In this document: piece by piece, positions 60,273-64,000 of the stretch
How the letters are laid out: each line of letters starts with the position of its first letter
Position numbering within the stretch: position 1 is the stretch's first letter
Assembly (NCBI GenBank): GCA_964605155.1
Contig: CAZSAK010000012.1
Span: 16,746-80,745 of the forward strand
Direction of reading: 5' to 3'
DNA from: an uncultured Chromatiaceae bacterium
Lineage (GTDB): Bacteria; Pseudomonadota; Gammaproteobacteria; SZUA-140
Length of the DNA: 64,000 nt
The notes under the pieces: generated by a model
The model's input: the letters and a program-made list of their open reading frames with translations, nothing else
Told to the model about the DNA's origin: nothing
Database searches by the model: none
Program-made: the position numbers and the translations under genes

Positions 60273-61640
60273 TTAAAGGTGTTTTAATTTCTGCACCAGC
60301 TCATTGACCATCGACTGGGCGTCGCCATAGAGCATGCGGGTATTATCTTTATAGAAGAGCTCGTTTTCGATGCCGGCGAATCCCGTTCCCTTGCCACGTT
60401 TGATCACGAGAACATTTTCCGCCTGGTCTACGTTCAGGATCGGCATGCCGAAGATCGGACTGGAGGGATTGGTCTTTGCCATCGGATTGACCACATCGTT
60501 GGCGCCGATCACCAGTGCCACGTCCGCAGTGGGAAACTCGGGGTTTATCTCGTCAAGATCGAATAATTTATCATAGGGTACACCTGCCTCCGCCAGCAGC
60601 ACGTTCATATGTCCGGGCATGCGTCCTGCCACCGGGTGTATCGCAAACTTGACCTCGATACCCTTGTCATCAAGGATATCCATCAGTTCGCGGACCTTGT
60701 GCTGGGCCTGCGCAACCGCCATGCCGTAACCCGGCACGATAATCACCTTGGAGGCATAACCCATCATGATGGCAGCATCTTCAGGTTCGGTCGGTTTGAG
60801 ACTGCCGGCGATCTCGCCCTGCTCTTCCTCGACAACTGCACCGAAACTGCCGAACAGCACATTGGATAACGGGCGATTCATTGCCTTGGCCATCAGCTGT
60901 GTCAGCAGGGTACCCGCGGCACCCACGACAGTCCCGGCCACGATCATCGCCGCATTACCCAGCGCAAATCCCTCGAAACCTACGGCCATGCCGGTGAGCG
61001 CGTTATACAAGGAAATGACCACCGGCATGTCGGCACCGCCGATCGGCAGGGTCATCAAGATCCCGAAGGCCAGGGCGGCAATGAAAAACAACATGATCAA
61101 GGCGGTCGTGGTATCACTGGCGATCACACCGATACCTAGCAACACCGCCACGGCAAATACGGCGATATTAATACGCTGCTGCATGGGGAATTTGATCGGT
61201 CGTTCGCTGATCAGACGCTGTAACTTGGCGAAGGCCACCATGCTTCCGCTGAAGGCGACCGCACCGATAAGCCCGCCAAGTACCGCCAGTGAGGTCAGTC
61301 CCGTGGTTTCGATGCCCTTGCTCAATTCGACAGCGGCAATGGCTCCAGCCGCGCCACCGCCCATTCCGTTATAGATCGCAACCATCTGCGGCATGTCGGT
61401 CATTGCTACCTTTTTACCGCTGACAAACGCCACCACGGCTCCAATGGCGATGGCAAAAAACATCAGGCCAATATTATGCAGACCGGGATACAGCAGGGTG
61501 ATGCCGACGGCGATCGCCATTGCCAGACCGGCCCAGGTAATACCGCTGCGCGCGGTCGCCGGTGAACTCATGCGCTTGAGCCCCAGAATGAACAAAACGG
61601 CGGTAATAAAATAGGCCGCCTGTATCAGGTTTTCCAGCAC
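60273..61640 (-). CDS. pntB: NAD(P) transhydrogenase subunit beta
   Basis: It has a membrane N-domain and a C-terminal NADP(H)-binding dIII. 455 aa. It is directly downstream of the pntA genes. Confidence 0.9.
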   Translation of the reverse strand: MLENLIQAAYFITAVLFILGLKRMSSPATARSGITWAGLAMAIAVGITLLYPGLHNIGLMFFAIAIGAVVAFVSGKKVAMTDMPQMVAIYNGMGGGAAGAIAAVELSKGIETTGLTSLAVLGGLIGAVAFSGSMVAFAKLQRLISERPIKFPMQQRINIAVFAVAVLLGIGVIASDTTTALIMLFFIAALAFGILMTLPIGGADMPVVISLYNALTGMAVGFEGFALGNAAMIVAGTVVGAAGTLLTQLMAKAMNRPLSNVLFGSFGAVVEEEQGEIAGSLKPTEPEDAAIMMGYASKVIIVPGYGMAVAQAQHKVRELMDILDDKGIEVKFAIHPVAGRMPGHMNVLLAEAGVPYDKLFDLDEINPEFPTADVALVIGANDVVNPMAKTNPSSPIFGMPILNVDQAENVLVIKRGKGTGFAGIENELFYKDNTRMLYGDAQSMVNELVQKLKHL

Positions 61641-61643
61641 CGT

Positions 61644-61952
61644 CTAGTCGCCTCCGTCCTTTCGCCTGGCCTTTTTCTTTTCGAACATCTCCAGCATGCG
61701 TTCGGTGACCACATAACCGCCGACGGCATTGATTGCACCGAGCAATACACCAAAAAAACCAATCCCCTGTTCAAGTGGTGTCTCGGCGTGACCGAGCGCG
61801 ACCATTGCCCCCACCAGGACGATGCCATGTATAAAGTTGGAGCCTGACATCAACGGCGTATGCAGGATCACCGGCACACGGCTGATAACCTCGTAGCCGG
61901 TAAAGGCCGCCAATACAAAAATAAACAACGCCGCCCAAACGCCTTCAATCAT
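61644..61952 (-). CDS. pntAB: NAD(P) transhydrogenase subunit alpha part 2 (membrane dII)
   Basis: It is a 102-aa hydrophobic protein between pntAA and pntB. Confidence 0.85.
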   Translation of the reverse strand: MIEGVWAALFIFVLAAFTGYEVISRVPVILHTPLMSGSNFIHGIVLVGAMVALGHAETPLEQGIGFFGVLLGAINAVGGYVVTERMLEMFEKKKARRKDGGD

Positions 61953-61954
61953 GG

Positions 61955-63088
61955 TTACCCTCCTGCCACCAGTTTTTGCGTCGGTTCATGTCTGATTTGC
62001 CTGTCGTGCGTGACCACACTTGAGGCGATTATTTCATCATCCCAGTCAAGGTTCAGCGACTCGCCGTCCTTGCTGAGCAAGGAGATGAAGTTGAAGATAT
62101 TCTTGGCATACATCTCGCTGGCATGGACGGACAACATGCTGGGAACATTCTCGGGACCACAGATAATGACACCGTTATGATTGATATCCTTGCCTGCCTG
62201 AGTCAGTGCACAGTTGCCCCCGGATTCCGCGGCCAGATCGACAATGACGGCACCGGGCTTCATGTCGGCGACCATCTCCGCACTGACCAGCCGCGGCGCC
62301 TGACGACCGGGAATCTGCGCCGTGGTTATCACGACATCCGCCTCACCGACGCTCTTCCATAACATCACCTGCTCGCGCTGTTTCTCTTCATCGGTCAATT
62401 CACGTGCATAACCGCCCTCGGCCTCGGCATCGAGTTCCACCTGGAGGAATTTTGCCCCCAGGGATTCGACCTGTTCCCGGGCGGCGCGGCGCACATCGTA
62501 GGCCTCTACGATGGCCCCCAGGCGACGCGCGGTTGCGATTGCCTGCAGACCGGCAACACCGGCGCCGAGTATCAATACCTTTGCGGGACGTATGGTGCCC
62601 GCGGCCGTTGTCAACATCGGGAAAAACCGGCTGCAACGATTCGCCCCAATCAAGACGGCCTTGTAACCCGCGACGGTCGCCTGTGACGAGAGTGCATCCA
62701 TCGATTGCGCCCGGGTGATGCGCGGTATCAGTTCCATCGCAAAGCTGGTGATACCTTTATCCCTCAATCTTGTCACCTGCTCCGGGTAGCGATGCGGTTG
62801 CATAAAGCAAACCAGGACGCTGGATTCGCGGTAGGTATCGATCTCCTCATTCGTTGGTGGCTGCACCTTCAGGATGACATCCGCCTCACCCAGTGACTGA
62901 GAATCGTCAACGAGCCTGGCGTTTACAGCCTCATAGGCCCCATCCGGCTGGAAACTCTCGAGCCCTGCACCCCGTTGGATCAACACCTCAAATCCGGTTT
63001 TCGCCAGGCGGCCGGCCACTTCCGGCATGAGGGCGACGCGCCGCTCACCGGCAATCTTCTCTTTAGGCACCGCCACGCGTACGGGCAT
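61955..63088 (-). CDS. pntAA: NAD(P) transhydrogenase subunit alpha part 1 (NAD(H)-binding dI)
   Basis: It has an alanine-dehydrogenase-like fold with the Rossmann motif VLILGAGVAGLQA. 377 aa. Confidence 0.9.
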   Translation of the reverse strand: MPVRVAVPKEKIAGERRVALMPEVAGRLAKTGFEVLIQRGAGLESFQPDGAYEAVNARLVDDSQSLGEADVILKVQPPTNEEIDTYRESSVLVCFMQPHRYPEQVTRLRDKGITSFAMELIPRITRAQSMDALSSQATVAGYKAVLIGANRCSRFFPMLTTAAGTIRPAKVLILGAGVAGLQAIATARRLGAIVEAYDVRRAAREQVESLGAKFLQVELDAEAEGGYARELTDEEKQREQVMLWKSVGEADVVITTAQIPGRQAPRLVSAEMVADMKPGAVIVDLAAESGGNCALTQAGKDINHNGVIICGPENVPSMLSVHASEMYAKNIFNFISLLSKDGESLNLDWDDEIIASSVVTHDRQIRHEPTQKLVAGG

Positions 63089-63551
63089 CTGTAACTACTC
63101 CAGATATTGAATTCAGGAAAACGAGTATCGAACTACCGGATGATGATGACTAAAGCATCGCCCCAGGCTCCTGGTAGCACACCTATTACAATGTAACTAT
63201 TTGTTATTTCTGTTTTTCTAGATTGATCGAGGACGCTATCAGTCTTCGCCGCATCCATAAAAGTCCGCTATTTTACGCATAGATGGCCGGCAGCGGCAAC
63301 ATTATGAATCGTGACTACAAACCGGAGTCTGCCGAACGGCCTAACAAACATAGGGCGTTCATTTTCCCTTAAAGAAACAGGCTGTGTAAGAAGTATAGGG
63401 CTGGCACGACTGAATAAATGTACGATAAATGTATGTAGATGAAGATACATCGATATGCCTGTGGATCCCTGTCTGTGATAAAGACGGGATACTTCTTTGT
63501 TAACATCTTTGAATCATTGGCCTGACTGATACACGGATAACGATCTGCAAG

Positions 63552-64000
63552 ATGGATTCAATGCCTGACACATACAAAAGCGGCCTGAGGATATGGATAA
63601 AGCCCCTGATATTCTTGATCTTTGTCGGAGGACTCGTCGCATTCTTTGCCCTTGGCGGCGACCAATATCTGACACTCGAAACGGTAAAGACTCATCGTGA
63701 TGACATGTTGGCGTACACGCAGCAACATCGACTCCTGATGATCACTGGGGCAATCGTTGTGTATACGGTTTCGACGGCTCTCAGTATCCCGGGGGCATTG
63801 ATCCTGTCCCTGACTGTGGGTTTTTTGTTCGGACGCTGGCTCGGTACGGCCATCATCGTCGTATCTGCAACACTCGGCGCAACGCTGGTGTTCCTCGCCG
63901 CGCGTTACCTGTTTGCAGAAGCCGCGCAACGACGGGTGGGTAATATGGCCCGAAAGATCATCGCAGGTTTTCATGCTAACGCCTTCAACTACCTGATGTT
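63552..64000 (+). CDS. DedA/TVP38-family membrane protein, N-terminal part (truncated by the window end)
   Basis: The plus-strand frame runs without a stop from ATG 63552 (or 63561) to the window end. It translates as MPDTYKSGLRIWIKPLIFLIFVGG...LTLETVK...LLMITGAIVVYTVSTALSIPGALILSLTVGFLFGRWLGT, a hydrophobic TVP38-like pattern. The antisense 138-aa ORF over the same bases is compositionally odd. Confidence 0.45.
   Translation, partial: MDSMPDTYKSGLRIWIKPLIFLIFVGGLVAFFALGGDQYLTLETVKTHRDDMLAYTQQHRLLMITGAIVVYTVSTALSIPGALILSLTVGFLFGRWLGTAIIVVSATLGATLVFLAARYLFAEAAQRRVGNMARKIIAGFHANAFNYLM

Noticed and set aside
60766-61374. A 202-aa plus-strand ORF
   Set aside because: It is antisense to pntB. 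It is Ala/Pro-rich from GC-rich third positions.
63558-63974. A 138-aa minus-strand ORF
   Set aside because: The plus strand over the same bases encodes an open, hydrophobic DedA/TVP38-like frame that runs off the window end. The minus ORF is Cys/Arg/His/Asp-rich with no membrane or fold logic.

Overview
This 64 kb window looks like the chromosome of a chemolithoautotrophic proteobacterium with roughly 50% GC.

The most unusual region is a formate-hydrogenlyase/hydrogenase-4-like (Hyf/Ehr-type) membrane complex. The HyfC-, HyfE-, HyfF-, HyfG- and HyfI-like genes run co-directionally at the left edge, and the HyfC-like gene is cut off by the window start. In the large (HyfG-like) subunit all four NiFe-ligating cysteines are substituted, so this is a hydrogenase-related complex that cannot bind the NiFe cofactor. 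The small NuoB-like (HyfI-like) subunit keeps its Fe-S cysteines.

A convergent copper-homeostasis-like block follows. It contains a membrane protein with a His-rich tail, an outer-membrane barrel, a Tat-secreted multicopper oxidase and a small His/Cys-rich secreted protein. It abuts a LysR regulator (cbbR), which is transcribed divergently from a form IA RuBisCO operon, cbbL-cbbS-cbbQ-cbbO. No carboxysome genes are present in the window.

The remainder is largely housekeeping and signalling genes:
- a PilZ protein and a tandem-receiver protein next to glnK-amtB
- an L,D-transpeptidase, an MBL-fold hydrolase, purT and a SIMPL-domain protein
- a two-component system next to a thioredoxin-like protein
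- tRNA-Thr, then coaX-birA
- a bactofilin, cNMP-binding protein, VWA protein and acidic coiled-coil protein cluster
- bioA, rsmE, a minimal chemosensory cluster (CheB, CheA-CheW fusion, MCP, response regulator) and gshA-gshB
- an apbE / NusG-II-like / Gx-transporter / TonB-C-domain operon
- yqgE-ruvX-pyrR-pyrB-pyrC'-pyrK-like, a PilT/U ATPase, a flavoprotein disulfide reductase and a split pntAA-pntAB-pntB.

No CRISPR array, integrase or transposase was seen.
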